Notes: generated by a model from the letters alone, not told the origin. A DNA stretch of 63,941 nt, filler included, from Reticulomyxa filosa (GCA_000512085.1; 25 parts of 25 records of this genome joined end to end with filler, not necessarily neighbours in it), one strand, 5' to 3'. Shown: positions 24,085 to 36,895, counted from the whole stretch's first letter. Numbers and translations: made by a program.

Positions 24085-27000
24085 TTTTTTTTTTTTTTGA
24101 TGCATTGTTAGAAAATGACATTATCAGAGATTTGGAGGCAGTCGAAAGTGCAATTCCAACAATTTTACAATTTGCAAAAGACTGGTATGGCGATTGCAAA
24201 GAATATGAAACAATATTGGTCATGTGTCAGCAAGTACAAATGCAAGTCCTTGGGGCTAAACATTTTGGAACACAAGTTATTGACCAAACGAAGCTGAATG
24301 CTGCACTACCTCATATTATGCGGTTATTAGAGAATGGATGGCTGAATGACAAGACCACAATACCAAGTGCTTTGGAGTATATGCTTGAAGGAGGGCATAT
24401 CGCTTTGGACAAACGTCCACACTTCGTTCGAGATGTATTAACAACGGTAAAAAATTTTGAAAGATTTGACACTCCAAATAAAAAGATAGTATATCGCTCT
24501 GTCATAACCGACATATTTCACAATGCACATGAACTGACTCAAAGTGTACAACATGCAACCGATAAGATTCGCTTGCAAATCCTTGAGGAATTGGTTTTGA
24601 ATCAGTGGAACGATGATACATTTGGATTGGACACGTATAAAGCAGTTCTATTAAATCGCGTATTGGAGCGCATTTATATGAATACGTTGAATGTCGAGTA
24701 TAATGGATCAAATCAAAACATTTCTAATATTTCAAGTATAAAGACAAGGTTGTTCCAATGTATTGACTCCATTTTGTCCATTACTAAAACACATTACATA
24801 TCAGAGATAGAGAATAGCCATGAGCTACATGCGATAATGCATCAAACATCTAAACTGTTAACACACTTTAACAAATCTAACAAATGTTATCAACGCAGTT
24901 TACATATATGGTTCCTGAAGCAGTTTTATGTTACCAAGGGTATGGGTTGGACACAAATGCTTTTCACAAATAAAGCGATCCGCACAAATTACTTAATCTT
25001 TGCCGATCCAAAAATGAGCGATGTGTTTTCCGTATTCAAATATCTCCCGCCCAATCTCCCCTCTACAGATCCCTTTATTGGCATTTACAGAGATACGTAT
25101 ACCAATTTCAAAGATAAACTTTTGCAGGGAATTAATTCAGGTAACGTGGATGTACAGTACAATGGAAATAAAAGTGATTTTATTCCGCTACTAAGCGCGG
25201 CCCTGTCGCTATCCAATCTCTATGGCATCGCTTTCAATGCAAATTTTAAAAGTTAAATATTGTAGATTAGGTTTTTTTTTCCAAGTTTATATACGTTGCA
25301 AAATTGTAACCAAAAAAAAAAAAAAAAAATAGATGTAAAAGATTACTTATTACAATGCAATGTTCTAAACTCTGATATTGAACAAAACTTTGTCAAGGTA
25401 TTGCTGAGTGAACAACTCCCTCCAACTGCCTCTGGTCTAAGGCTGACTTATGACAGTGACGCTTCTAATGCCTACATTCCAAGGCTGTGTTTCCATTTTC
25501 TGGGCACACTCCAAATTATGAATAGTTATGACTCTATTTTTTTATTTTTTTTTTGGAGGCAGCTTGTGCAATAATTTTATGTTTTTTTAAATGTATTTTT
25601 TAAAAATAGAAAACCCATTTCAAGTGTTGATTCTAAATCCTGAGATATATATGAATGGTCATCTCCCAGCAATGCCAGAAAATTTATTGATGAACGTGAT
25701 TCGCATAATGAAAAAAGAAAAAAGGAATGGAGACACCTTCACAGTTCGCTATTGTCCAAACATGCATCCATTCGTCATTAACCAATGTGGTCATCCAACG
25801 GAAAGAGTAATTTGCGCAGTTGATGGATGTGGCAAAGAAATTGGTGATACAACTCACAGAAGTCGGAATACAGGATTGAAGCAACTAGAAATACCCAAAG
25901 GATACATTTTGGATGGATCGGACGAAGAATTGTCAGTGGGTGACTCGTTTTGGAGGTATGAGGGTGACACTCAAATTAGGAGAATCACTGAAGTGACTTG
26001 CACATTAATACGTTTGTTGATTCATTTGGCGTTGCTGATCAGAAATGCAGCTGTTCCAGAAGGGTGCAAGAAGCTCCAAAAATTGTTACAAAAAACGGAT
26101 ACAGCAGAAGTGACCAAGTTTTTGCAGAAGCAAGCAATTGGTTATTTTCGATTGTTAGGAAAGATTACTTGCTTGAATGATGAACTTTTAGCTATGGCAT
26201 TACATCAACTACTGAATGCTTTACCACAAACATTCAATCAGCGGTATCCAAATGGATTGGATGGAACAGATCTTACCACCACATATAAATTTGAAACAAA
26301 GTTTGAAAAGTGGTATTGTGAATTTTTTAGACAAACCATACAATTCAATGAATTGAACAATCGCAGCAAAATTGCTGTAGATGAAGACAAAGCTTTGAAA
26401 GTGATCATCTCTGAAATTGAGGAAACAAAAGCAATTGACTCATTCTATCGCGAACAGTATGTCCCGCATTTGTTTTTAACCATCCATAAGGTATCATTTG
26501 ATGATTTAGCTAACAGATTTATGACAGAACCTTCTCTGAAAAATAGACATCCATTACTATATCACGTGATGTGTGCCAAGGATGAACTTTGGAGTGTGAA
26601 ATATTTGCCTGTTGTTGGACAATGGATGAAATATGTGTATTTCCACTATTCTCAGCAAATTTCACGACAGGAGTGTCAACGCAAAACCATCACTCAGGCG
26701 ATTGAAGAGTGGAAACAAAAAGGATATGGAAGTGAATTGGAGTCCTATCAACAATTATGGAGTGGCTTCAAAACATGTTGGAACACATTGGCGAACAGAA
26801 AGGTAAGAAACGACTGCAAGTCATTTGTTATCCCAAAATTGTATAACGATGATTCAATTAGTTTAGAGTTTTCCATTGCTCAAAACAATGAAAATGGCTT
26901 AATTCTTGTGAAGATCATTGAATTATTGCAAGATGCAAACAATGCATTTTTAGAAGATGTAATGATGGAGTCTAAAATGCATGCAAACAATGAAGAGAAA

Positions 27001-28028
27001 TATGATGCAAAGGATGAAGATTTCAATCAAATGCAAAAGGCTATGGGTAAGAATAAGTCTTTGTTTGATATTCACAGAAATGACATTGTATTTTTGGACA
27101 AAGATCAGGTAACTGAAATTATTCGGCAATGGAGTCTTCCCTCATTGGAATATGGAGTCATTAATCAAAATCGAAACAACATTTTTGGATTTAAATGCCA
27201 TTGAAAATGAAATAGCTTATCGATTTATTAAAAACCGTCAATTTTTGGAAATTAGTGTTCCTTTTTTTCAGTTTTCCAGCCAATTGAATATCAAAAATTG
27301 CGTGGCCATTGTCGAGAAAAACAACAGAGAATTGAAAACAGAGCCAATTGATCAACCATTATTGAGAACTTTCCTTTCTTCATTGAAATCTCAAAGTGAA
27401 ATACAAAGAGCTTTGGAAATCTTAAATGAAGTCATTGTCTTTGTTTCTCAAAATATCAAAATTATTGACTTGTTAAGTTGCAAACAAATTGCATCTATTT
27501 CTTAATATTTTTGGTGTTTTTTTTTTGCGTAGAGACAAGAAATTTGTGGAATTACTTGAACAAATGTCGTTCGATGAGAAAAGTTGTAAACTATTTATGG
27601 TGGATTTGGAAGAGCAACAAAAAAGTTTCATACTGTGCAGGCATATTTGCAACTTATGGAGACTTTTAGACAATACTGTGCAATTGGAATTTGTCAACAA
27701 GAGTACAATTGACAATTATGTCTTGGACATTTACAAACTACCTTTAATAGAACCATTAAAACAACAGCTGCAAGTAATGATACAAAAGACATCTCTGGGA
27801 ATAATAAAGGAAATTTTAGATGCTTGGAGAGAGGTTGTGCAAAGTGAGGGGCAAAGTATAAGAGATTTGAGCAAGAAAGAGCCCTTTAGCAACTGGTTAG
27901 ATAAGGTCATGTTTTATGACAATGAGTTAGAATTTTTCCCGAAAGAATTACTCACTTGGGAGTACTGTGCTAATGGTTATGCCTATCTCTATGAATTGTT
28001 CAACGCAACTCAGGTAATTGACATATAA
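24085..28028 (+). CDS. RNF213-like giant E3 ligase, C-terminal part with RZ-type zinc finger
   Basis: LPAMPE followed by CPNMHPFVINQCGHPTERVICAVDGCGKEIGDTTH (25753-25857), then GY...LIRLLIHLAL. Phase-consistent introns at 25252-25332, 25525-25609 and 27472-27532. One frameshift in a T-run near 27185. Confidence 0.8.
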
Positions 28029-28308
28029 ATTCACTCCACGTTTGTTTCTGTGATTGCTTAATCATTTTATTCCACAGCAAACAGATTGTTAGGTTTGTTA
28101 ATTCAGTACAAAGCCAGTCAATTAATTATGTCTTGAATCTGATCTTTTATTCTACTTAAAACTCCAAGAGTTGTTAGTGTTTAAAATTTAAAATTCATGA
28201 TTGAATTATGTCTATGTTGTTTTCAATATGAGACAAAGAATTTAACGAAAAAATATCATTTGTTCCAGATTAGTGTTGGAAAAAACTATATTATTTTGAA
28301 CAAAGCAC

Positions 28309-28352
28309 TACAGTATATTGCAAAAAAAACCGACATACCTAAATGGCACTAT
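28309..28352 (+). mobile_element. Tc1/mariner-like terminal inverted repeat (second copy, at contig break)
   Basis: TA|CAGTATATTGCAAAAAAAACCGACATACCTAAATGGCACTAT; flanks unrelated to the 17030 copy. Confidence 0.7.
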
Positions 28353-28739
28353 NNNNNNNNNNNNNNNNNNNNNNNNNNNNNNNNNNNNNNNNNNNNTTAA
28401 TTAATTAANNNNNNNNNNNNNNNNNNNNNNNNNNNNNNNNNNNNNNNNNNNNCGATTTTTCACGACGATCGTTAATGATGATATATATATATTTTTTTTC
28501 TCAGTTACCAGGAGTTTGCACCTTGGTACACTTAAAGCAACTGATGTCAATATACGTTGTAAGTTTAAAAGCACTTCCACTTCTTACAGTCACACGATGC
28601 TGAACCGACGAAACTCCCCAAAAATGAACTGCAACAAAAAACGTTGCCAAAGGGTAACAAAAAAGTTTAAAGTCCAGCCACAATATCACAAAATCCAACT
28701 ACTATAAAAAAATTTTATATCACTATAAAAAATTTTTAC

Positions 28740-30470
28740 TTGTCACAATTCAAGATGATGAAGTTGGGAAATAGCATTGACTGTGTCATAGGCAGCCTGG
28801 TTCATTACACTAAAAATTCGACACATTGCAATTCTTTGTATCCTTTCCAATCGTCTCTTATGAATGTCTGCTGCACCATTCCAAAATGCCGATGCATACT
28901 CGAAACTAGGACGAATGATGGTCTTGTATAATAGACTATACGTGGATAGACTTGGTCTGGCACCTTTATATAAACATAAGTATGTCAAATATCCAAGCTT
29001 GGAATAAGTCATGTGAGAATCAATAAACAATTCAAGATACTTTACATGATCACCTGCAATGTCAATTGCATCTTTGGGAATTTTCTCTTATCTGAATGTA
29101 ATGCATTACGTCTTATCAGCTGCAAGTAACATCTTCCATTTATTCACCAAATAGATACTTCATCCAGATTTTGCTGCAATAATTCATTCATTTCATCAAT
29201 ATCATATGTACATATCAATGTCCAAAGTGCCACGTCATCAGCATTGAATGTGTTGATGGATGACTGTTGGTAAATCATTAATGTACAATAGGAACAATAT
29301 TGGTGATAAAGCAGATCCTTGATGAACTCTAGTATTAATCTCTTTGTGATGATTCTTTCCATCAATTTACCAACACTTAATAACAATGCGATCGGCTTAT
29401 GGTGACTATGATCTCCATCAGGCTTGGGAATATGCACAATATTGCCTTCTTCCATGCAATAGGTATATCCCATTCGGAAACTCCATCCAAATAGGAATAC
29501 CAATAATTTAATCATTGCATTGCCACCATTCTTTAGCATTTGATTGTGGATATTACCTGGACCTTGCGCTTTGTACGGTGACAAATGTCTCATCGCTTAA
29601 TAACTTCTTCTTTTGTAATATCACTCTGATGGATATCACTTAGACCAATGAAATTATCATCCAATTCCAATGGTTTTGATATTGCAATTTTACATTTAAT
29701 GTAATCTTCGACAATATCATAATGCTTTTCATATTGGTGTTTAATGCCTTGAATTGTGTGAATAAATTTCTTGTATTCCCTTCATACAGCGAATTAATGC
29801 TGTTTACCATATGTTGATGCTTTTCCAATTGCAATTTCTTTCGCAATTGCTTGGCAGCTCTCTTATATAGCATCAAATTTCTTGATTTTCTTTGTTTATG
29901 AAATCAGTTCTTTAATTTTTAAACTATCTTTCGTAATAGACTTAAACTGTCACTCCACCACATTTTATTGCCTTTCCAAATCATTCTGATACAAATTGTC
30001 GCTTTTCCAGCTCCAACACATTTGGTCCAAGATTTGACTGCTTTGTCCAAAGAATCAATAGATTTCTTCCAATTGTCAATATTTCTTTTCAATCTCAATC
30101 TAAATTATTCTCATTTGTTACTCATCAGATTCCAAGTCTCAATCTTTTATCGTTCAATTCGTAATGATGACCACGTGGTTTTGATATTCAGCGTTATTTA
30201 TTGGATGTCCTTTACATAATGAGCATTTTTGAAATTTTATATTCTTCTGCTATGATTTATGATTCCTTCTGCACAACACTTATCGAAAATTTTATACTTT
30301 GCTTTATTGAATCCAATGGTAATTATCTATTTTTAATATGTCCTTTGTATATCTTCTGCTTTGGCGAATGTAACGTTCAATACTGGCATAGATTGTTTCA
30401 AATAATAAATTTTCTTAAGAAATTCCTAAAGAAATTTTTTCCAAAATCTTGTATACTGATATTCCAAAAC
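28740..30470 (-). mobile_element. Decayed non-LTR retrotransposon (LINE) reverse transcriptase region
   Basis: KAQGPGNIHNQMLK, IPKP...KPIALLLSVGKLMERII, GVHQGSALSPILFLLYINDL (alternate frame), ADDVALW, VKYL and LYKTIIRPSFEYAS. Many stops and frameshifts. Confidence 0.92.
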
Positions 30471-30679
30471 TAACTTCAAATCTTGAATAATCTTGAAGTA
30501 TCTTGAACACCTGAATCTCTTTCAAAAAAACAGCTTTTGCAGTAAGTTGAAAATGATTATGAATGGAGCTATTTTTTTTNNNNNNNNNNNNNNNNNNNNN
30601 NNNNNNNNNNNNNNNNNNNNNNNTTAATTAATTAANNNNNNNNNNNNNNNNNNNNNNNNNNNNNNNNNNNNNNNNNNNN

Positions 30680-31013
30680 ACGTTTGTGGGATATTCGATC
30701 TGGTCAACAAATTCAAGTGTTTAATGGACATACAAATACTGTATGGTCTGTTGAATATTCACCATTTGTAATGAAGAATAGTATTGGTAATTCAAATGTG
30801 ATATGTTCTGGATCAAATGATAATACAATTCGTTTTTGGGATATTCGATCAAATAAGAATCAATTGTATGTGATTAGAGGAGATGATGAAGATAATGGAA
30901 TATCTTGTCTTAAATTTATTGTATTGAAAAAGAAAGATAATACAAAGAATGTCACATATGATTTGAATTTGTGTTATGGTTCAAGAAATGGTCCAATTCG
31001 TATTTGGGGATAG
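30680..31013 (+). CDS. WD40-repeat protein, C-terminal end
   Basis: LWDIRSGQQIQVFNGHTNTVWSVEYSP...ICSGSNDNTIRFWDIR...GPIRIWG*. Confidence 0.92.
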
Positions 31014-32149
31014 TTTACTGTTTTGTCAAATAATAAATGAAAGTGTTTTTTTTTGAAAAGTTTGATCAAAAGAAAAGTAAAGTGACATTAAACTTGTTTG
31101 ATTGAATGCAAGCATTGAAAGATGTGTTCTGTCTTACTTTGTTGTTTCAAAAATCTAAAAGCTGCGATTGTCTTTGCAGTAATTTATGATATATATCTGC
31201 AATCATTCAATAAGCACACAAAAGTATGTGGCATATGAATATACTTCATTTGCTCGAACATGCTCCACTATGTGAGCGAATAACAGTATCAACATTCAGC
31301 AAACACGTATTGAAATCAAGTATGTTTTCATTTTGTACATTCGTGCAAGGAATTGATGCAATGCCACTTTTTAGACAATTAGAATTGCAACAAGTGTTTC
31401 TTCTATCATTCGTTTAGCTTATTTACAGAGTGATATTATCAAATCAAGTCAATTAAATCCCATTGTGCAATAACAAAAATGGAAAAAATTGATAGATGAT
31501 CCAAAGCAAAATGTTAAAAAAAATTGAAATACAATTGCAAAATTCTATTTGGAGATATTGAATTGAGATTTGATACAATGGATGACGAAATTATTGGTGA
31601 ATATATTAGAAGCACATGATATATTTACAAGAATTCATAAAAATCTTAAAAAGTGTGTTTGAACAAAGAAAATCTACATACTTTACGTGCGNNNNNNNNN
31701 NNNNNNNNNNNNNNNNNNNNNNNNNNNNNNNNNNNTTAATTAATTAANNNNNNNNNNNNNNNNNNNNNNNNNNNNNNNNNNNNNNNNNNNNTCTTCATCC
31801 ACATTGTCTCTGTGTGAACATGGACACACACACACCTTGCTTCCCGTGATGTGTCCATATTTCTTTAATTGATACATTGTCATCGTTGTTTCACTTTCAT
31901 ACAATCCATTGCTACTTGCCATATTGCTACTATCGATCTACGTTTTTTCTTTTTTTTTTCTTCTATTCTTCCCTTCAAATTTAAAGCAAAAACATTTCAC
32001 ATGCCCACATTGTTTTGATGGAGATATATTACAACAACTAAAGATATGACACAAACAACATACAATCACACTAACCTTCATCCCTCACTTTTGATTGATT
32101 TTCTTTATTTTCTTGTCATTGTCCATGCTTTTTTTCGCATTCTATTGTT

Positions 32150-33400
32150 CTGGATGTTGTACATGGACAACATAAGTCCATTCTCTGTTGTGGCGTGCAA
32201 TCCTGCCATTATTTAAATCCAAAGGAAATTTTTCTGCGGAATATGCATCCACTCCAATATCTCCATCATTCCATATAATCATTGCAATCAACCCGGGGTA
32301 AACCTTGTCTTCTCGTCACTGTCCAAAATTGTACAGATTGATTTGCAAATTTACTACAAAACAATCCAATATTGAGATGACTTTTCTCTTGGCACACATT
32401 GCAATTTCGAGTATGTGTAATTGCACAGTTGCAATACATGCTGCTGTCGAGAGACATAGATTCACATTGCCTCTTGCTATTTTCAGTGTAACTGGCAAAG
32501 TAATTTTAACTTGCTCCCGATATACCAATTGCCAATTTGTTGAAGTCAGATACCCGATTCATTTGTTCGCCGGACGTCATCGCACGCAATTGTATCCCAA
32601 ACAGTTTTCCAACGCTGCAACGACAACGATGACAACAATATCGACAAATTGGAAATTGTGTTGTAAAATACGTTGGTTAATCGCGTTCAATACTTTTCAC
32701 TACACCATTCAAATCTTGCAGAGTTCAATATTTGCGCAATCAAAGATATGTCACTTGTGGATACGTGATACTGGCGTGCTTTGGACAAATTGTTTTTCAA
32801 TATCTAAAACATTTCACTTCAGTCAATGTTCCATCTGGATAAAATCTTTTGGATTGCTTTGTTATGTCTTATTGTCCAAATATACTGCCATAACGCATCA
32901 CTTGCTTTTTTGAACAGATCAACAATAACAGCGATTACCACCGTTGCGCTTGTGGATAAACTCTCTACTCGATATGTGGGTTTTGTGAATTGTGTTGTCA
33001 TAGCATACAGCCCCATCATTGGTTTGAATGAATCGTCTGTGCGCATTGCATCGTGTTACGTGAGAAATAGTGGTCCATTGACTACCATTGCCGTCATTCC
33101 GGCCATATTTGCAATACAGAGCAACGATTGTATTTTGGACTTCAACTTCCACATGTCCAATATCGCCATGTAAAGGAGATCTTTATATCATTACGTGGAG
33201 GATTGCTTGTTTGGAATGAAATTGATTTGCATCCTCTCCATATGTGACAACGATTGTCCCACTTTTATCTTGGTACGACGCATTCGAGGCAGCGTTCAAA
33301 TATGCAAACACATCCCGAGGCTGCGACAATTCAAACCCCAGATTACAAATACCGATGGGTGTATTTGTTTGATTGAGTGCAACCTTTTTTTTTTATACGT
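32150..33400 (-). pseudogene. Decayed PPR-like helical-repeat gene
   Basis: VEVEVQNTIVALYCKYG resembles the PPR motif (V.NALI.MY.KCG). Surrounding frames are broken by stops. Confidence 0.35.
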
Positions 33401-33649
33401 GCTCGAGCTTGCTGATACGTTTTGACACTGCTTGATTGTACGAGTCGGGCTGGCGTTCGAGGATAGATAAGGCCAAACTTTTGGACAATATCGTACATGT
33501 TTATGCTTTCAACACGTATGTACGTGATAGAGCTGCAATTTGCATAAACNNNNNNNNNNNNNNNNNNNNNNNNNNNNNNNNNNNNNNNNNNNNTTAATTA
33601 ATTAANNNNNNNNNNNNNNNNNNNNNNNNNNNNNNNNNNNNNNNNNNNN

Positions 33650-36600
33650 CCCCCCCACCAAAAAAAAGGAGTTCAACTCTTTTAATGTCATTTGGAAAGA
33701 CAAAAGTAACGAAACACACAAAGAGCCATCGAACCCATATTCAATGACTTTGATACAAGGAATACAATATTTCAAAGATAAATTACAAATCAGAGAACAT
33801 TTCATATATGGCAGAGATGAGTTAATATGCTTTGAATGCGAGTTTGATAAATGCAAACCACCACTTGCTTCAAAGATAGATGACAAAGATGTATTATTGC
33901 ATGACACTTACAAACATCTTTCCCATTATCCAATTATTCAAGTTTATTGGGAAATAAAAGCATGTTTTATGATACCCTACAAACGCACAATCTGCGTACA
34001 AAGAAATAATTTACCAAACAGTGTTCCATTTCGAGGTGCTTTTATCCTATCCAATCAAAGACCTAACTTCAATCCATTACCATATGAATGTGATTTTCAC
34101 AAACTCAAAATTATTCAGGATACAATATATGCAAAAATAATAAGGAACAATGCGTTGCAGAAATTATTACACGAAGTGATAAAGAATGATTATCTGATTG
34201 ATTTAATTCCTAAAAAACTGCGATCGATAGGCAAAGAAGTAATCGAGCAACGAATCGATTACGATGAAAATGATCAAAATGGCGAGTTACTATTAAATGA
34301 TAAAATATTAACAATATTAAATGAATTGAGGACATTGTATCATAATGACATTCACAAACAAATGGGATATCCACTTCAATTACATCATATTTGTGCTATT
34401 TTATTGCATTGTGGTAAATCATGTAATATTCAATTCAATAATGACCAAGTCCGATGTAGACATCATATATGGCCTTATTTGGATAATTATTTGCAAGAGG
34501 CTATAAGGATATTGCATTTACATGAAAGAAGAGAAGAACGAAGATTGACTTGTATTGTGGATTGAAAGGAGTAAGATTGGGGAATATTGAAAAAGAAATC
34601 AAAGGAGGATATTTTATAAGTAACCTAAACACTTCTGATTATATTCAAGTCGCACAAATGTATAGAAGTGATCAAGGATGTATTTTACATTTTCATCCTT
34701 CCATGAGACGAGCAAGTGGAATACGGAGTTGTGATGTATCATGGATATCTTCATTCAAACATGAACGTGAAATTTTGTTTGCAAGATCTGTCACAAATTT
34801 GATTGATGATGATGATGATGAGAAAACATATAAAGAATTGTGTTCATGGAATGCAAAAGTAGAGGATGAAGATAAATATACGCAAACGATATTATTGACA
34901 TGGACAAGATATGATCAATGTTTACAACAGGCTTTGAACATTAATGCGATATTATATTGTCCTATTGATTTTAATATTATTTATGTTGCACTTGAATACT
35001 GTAATGGAGAAGATGTAAATAAAACAGTTGAATTGTTATCTGAATTTGAAGAATGGAAATTGAGAGATAATAACAAACAAAGATATGATGAAGAAAAGCA
35101 TAATTTTACAGAAAGGCGTTGCTATAGTCATAATGTCAATCTATTTTATATGTTTCTTGTCGAAAAAGGATTTCTAAACAAACAGAATGCCATGGAAAAA
35201 TTAATTTTATCTACAATTAATGATGGTTTACCTTTTGCTGAAAAAGATAACATACCTTTCTTATTTTTACCTTCTTTACCTGTTCCACTTTATCAAAGCC
35301 AATGCGTGGTACATAATTATGAAATATTGCTTTTTGGTGACTATTGTAATCATGACTGTTATTCATATCATATGATCGAGCGTAAATACAAACGCATTTG
35401 TTCTTATCCGAGTAATGTCAAATTGAATGGACATTGTGTGATAAAGCTTATACCTAATAATAATGATTCACATGATGTCACTTTGTTATCTTTTGGTGGA
35501 TACCCAAAACATACATTAGTGATGAAATACGAAAGTGTTTGGAATGATATAGAAAATGCCTACAATGAACACAAAGAAGATTATATCAATAAGTGGATGC
35601 CTTTACGCGATAATGATGATATGCCAATTTCTATTGGCAGAGATGAAGATGATTATTTAGGATTGCGTGCAGTGATTAGTGGCAGTAATAATCATTTGTT
35701 ATTTATTACATATTTTCCAAATGATATTAGTGTATTCAATTTAAATACATTTCAATATGAGAAACATAGTACTTTACCTACAAATGATAATGATAGAATG
35801 AGATATCATTGTTTTGTATTGCGAGAATCACCAAAAAAAATAAAAATCAAAATATACATGAAATGATGTTATTTCACAAAAATACTGGCTTGTCCATTGA
35901 ATATGATGAAAATTGCAACATTTTCAATTTTATAATATACGAGTTTGCACAACTATGAGATCATTTTGCTGTTATGGATTTGTTTATGTCAATGATTCTA
36001 TTTTATTTTTTGGTGGATATGACGGAATAAAAAATGCTTCAAGAGAAGTTTATCGATATTCAATTGTAGAAGATCAATGGGTAAAGTTTGAATCAATTCT
36101 ACCCATGCCATTGAATTGTTGTATTGCAACATTGAGTGGGGATAATAAATTTGTGCATGTTATTGGTGGTTATAATGAGCATGAGACTCTTTCTACACAT
36201 ATGAAAACAATATTGCAAAAATGGACAAGTGAAATAGAAATAGAAAAGGAATGGATGAAGAAAGAAGAGGAAGATAGACATAACGAAGAAATAGAAAAAG
36301 GAGAAAAAGAAAAAAAAGAAATTAAAATGATGAACGAAGAATTAAGCATGATGGGACAACAACAGCTCAATATACAGAAATTAAAAGTTAAAAATATGTG
36401 TATTATTCAATTATTTTCTTTGTCCACTATAATAACATAAATAAATGAAAAGAGAACAAAAGAAATATCAATAATAATGAATTATTGGATTCGTTCATAT
36501 TCAGTTAAAATAAAATGGATTGACGAATGTAATGCTGTCATTGCAAGATATATTCTGGTATGTTAGAATTTTTTTGTTTAGCAATAATATTGAGAAAAAA

Positions 36601-36691
36601 AAAAAAAAAAAGTTAATACATTTGTAATAGAGAAAATACTATCGACCTTTAACGATTCTTCAAAGACATCCTTCTTATGTACGCAATGTAA
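33650..36691 (+). CDS. ADP-ribosyltransferase (ART)-like domain + Kelch propeller + coiled coil + HWIR linker + start of WD40; both ends truncated, three homopolymer frameshifts
   Basis: ART motifs LYCGL, ISNLNTSD and SWISSFKHEREILF (ExE). Kelch blades from LPSLPVPLYQSQCV to VHVIGGY. Spliced tail EISIIMNYWIRSY...VIARYIL | RKYYRPLTILQRHPSYVRNV. Single-base frameshifts at about 34537, 35835 and 35922. Confidence 0.82.
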
Positions 36692-36791
36692 NNNNNNNNN
36701 NNNNNNNNNNNNNNNNNNNNNNNNNNNNNNNNNNNTTAATTAATTAANNNNNNNNNNNNNNNNNNNNNNNNNNNNNNNNNNNNNNNNNNNN

Positions 36792-36863
36792 TTATTGTTA
36801 TCTGTTATTACGTTATTGTTATTGTTATTATCATTGTTATTATTATTGCTATTGCTGTTATTA

Positions 36864-36895
<32 letters not shown>

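Noticed and set aside
31100-31691. Cys/His-rich fragments suggesting a RING/B-box relic
   Set aside because: No complete motif in any single frame.
34530-35930. Programmed ribosomal frameshifting in the ART-Kelch gene
   Set aside because: The shifts are single-base indels in A/T homopolymers with no evident stimulatory structure. Sequencing error or decay is simpler.
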